A stretch of 63,500 nt of DNA, filler included, from Octopus bimaculoides (Eukaryota), in NCBI RefSeq assembly GCF_001194135.2. It is 5 parts of 5 records of this genome, joined end to end, with 100 filler letters (N's around TTAATTAATTAA, not from the genome) between each part and the next. Parts side by side here need not be neighbours in the genome. Positions count along the whole stretch, not along the records: positions 62,026 to 63,500 come from NC_068994.1; 4 more parts are not named here. The stretch is one strand, 5' to 3'. Made by a program: the position numbers and the translations under genes. The notes beneath the pieces were generated by a model, which had not been told where the DNA came from, made no database searches, and saw only the letters and a list, made by a program, of their open reading frames with translations. This document shows positions 62,800 through 63,500 of the stretch, piece after piece. Within the stretch, counting starts at the first letter, position 1. Each line of letters opens with the position of its first letter.

Positions 62800-62905
62800 G
62801 ATGTTGACTTTGCTTTTCATCCTTTCAGGGGTTGATAAAATAAGTATCACTTGAGCATTAGGGTGCGATGTTATATACTCACCTCCTCCCCAAAATTTCT
62901 AGCCT
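62800..62905 (+). mobile_element. SINE family 2 fragment
   Basis: gttgactttgcttttcatcctttcaggggttgataaaataagta. Confidence 0.7.
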
Positions 62906-62914
62906 TAAATCATT

Positions 62915-63284
62915 TTATCATTTTACTTGTTTCAGTCATTAAACTCCAACCATGCTGGGGCACCACCTTGAAAAATTTTAGTCAAATGGATCGACTCCAA
63001 AACTTTTTTGTTTTTAAATTATGGTACTAATTCAATTGGTCTCTTTCTCTTTTGCTGAGCTGCTAAATTATGTGGATGTAAATACACCAACACCGGTTGC
63101 CAAGTGGTGGTGGGGGACAAACATACACACACACACACACACACACGCATACATACAACAAGCTTCCTTCCACTCATAAGGCTTTTGTTGGTCTGAAGCT
63201 ATAGTAGAAGACACTTGCCCAAGGTGCCATGCAGTGAAACTGAACCCAGAACCATGTGGTTGGAAGCAAGCTTTTTTCCACACT
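62915..63284 (-). mobile_element. SINE family 1
   Basis: Reverse complement of family 1, with internal (CA)n. Confidence 0.85.
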
Positions 63285-63500
63285 ATATTAGGAATTTAAA
63301 AAAAATGTATTTGTGGTCATTGAACTTTTGATGACTTTAGATAGTTTTGGTGTCATAATTTGCATAATTTATATTTAGAAAAACTTTCGCAGTAATAAAA
63401 ATGGGTAGTGAATAGGGATATTTTTAGATGTAAGACGTTATATAATATACAGGTGGGCCATGGGCAAATATGAGATTTTAAAAAAATCGAAATCAAAAGC

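Overview
Eukaryotic, AT-rich, very repeat-dense, apparently intronic/intergenic DNA from a draft assembly (roughly 4 kb of N gaps plus four artificial 100-bp N44-TTAATTAATTAA-N44 spacers). The SINE families and microsatellite load look like an octopus genome (inference from recognised repeats, not proven). No intact host protein-coding gene, tRNA, rRNA or CRISPR array can be supported; nearly all ORFs in the supplied track are microsatellite, gap or transposon read-throughs. Recognisable content: several tRNA-derived SINE families; remnants of non-LTR retrotransposons (two or three R4/Dong-like REL-endonuclease families with (AAT)n or (CATA)n tails, an L1/Tx1 3' half, an RTE 3' end); several decayed Penelope-like elements (PLEs); Tc1/mariner remnants (Tc1, mariner, DD37D/maT-like, MITEs); and a possible LTR. 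The most striking signal is about ten type I hammerhead-ribozyme motifs from several unrelated repeat families. Many sit on the arms of long fold-back inverted repeats so that two ribozymes point outwards. They include a near-canonical 42-nt minimal hammerhead, helix II covariation between copies, and a U3:A8 core variant. All hammerhead calls are by-eye folds and no cleavage activity is demonstrated; percent identities are by-eye estimates.
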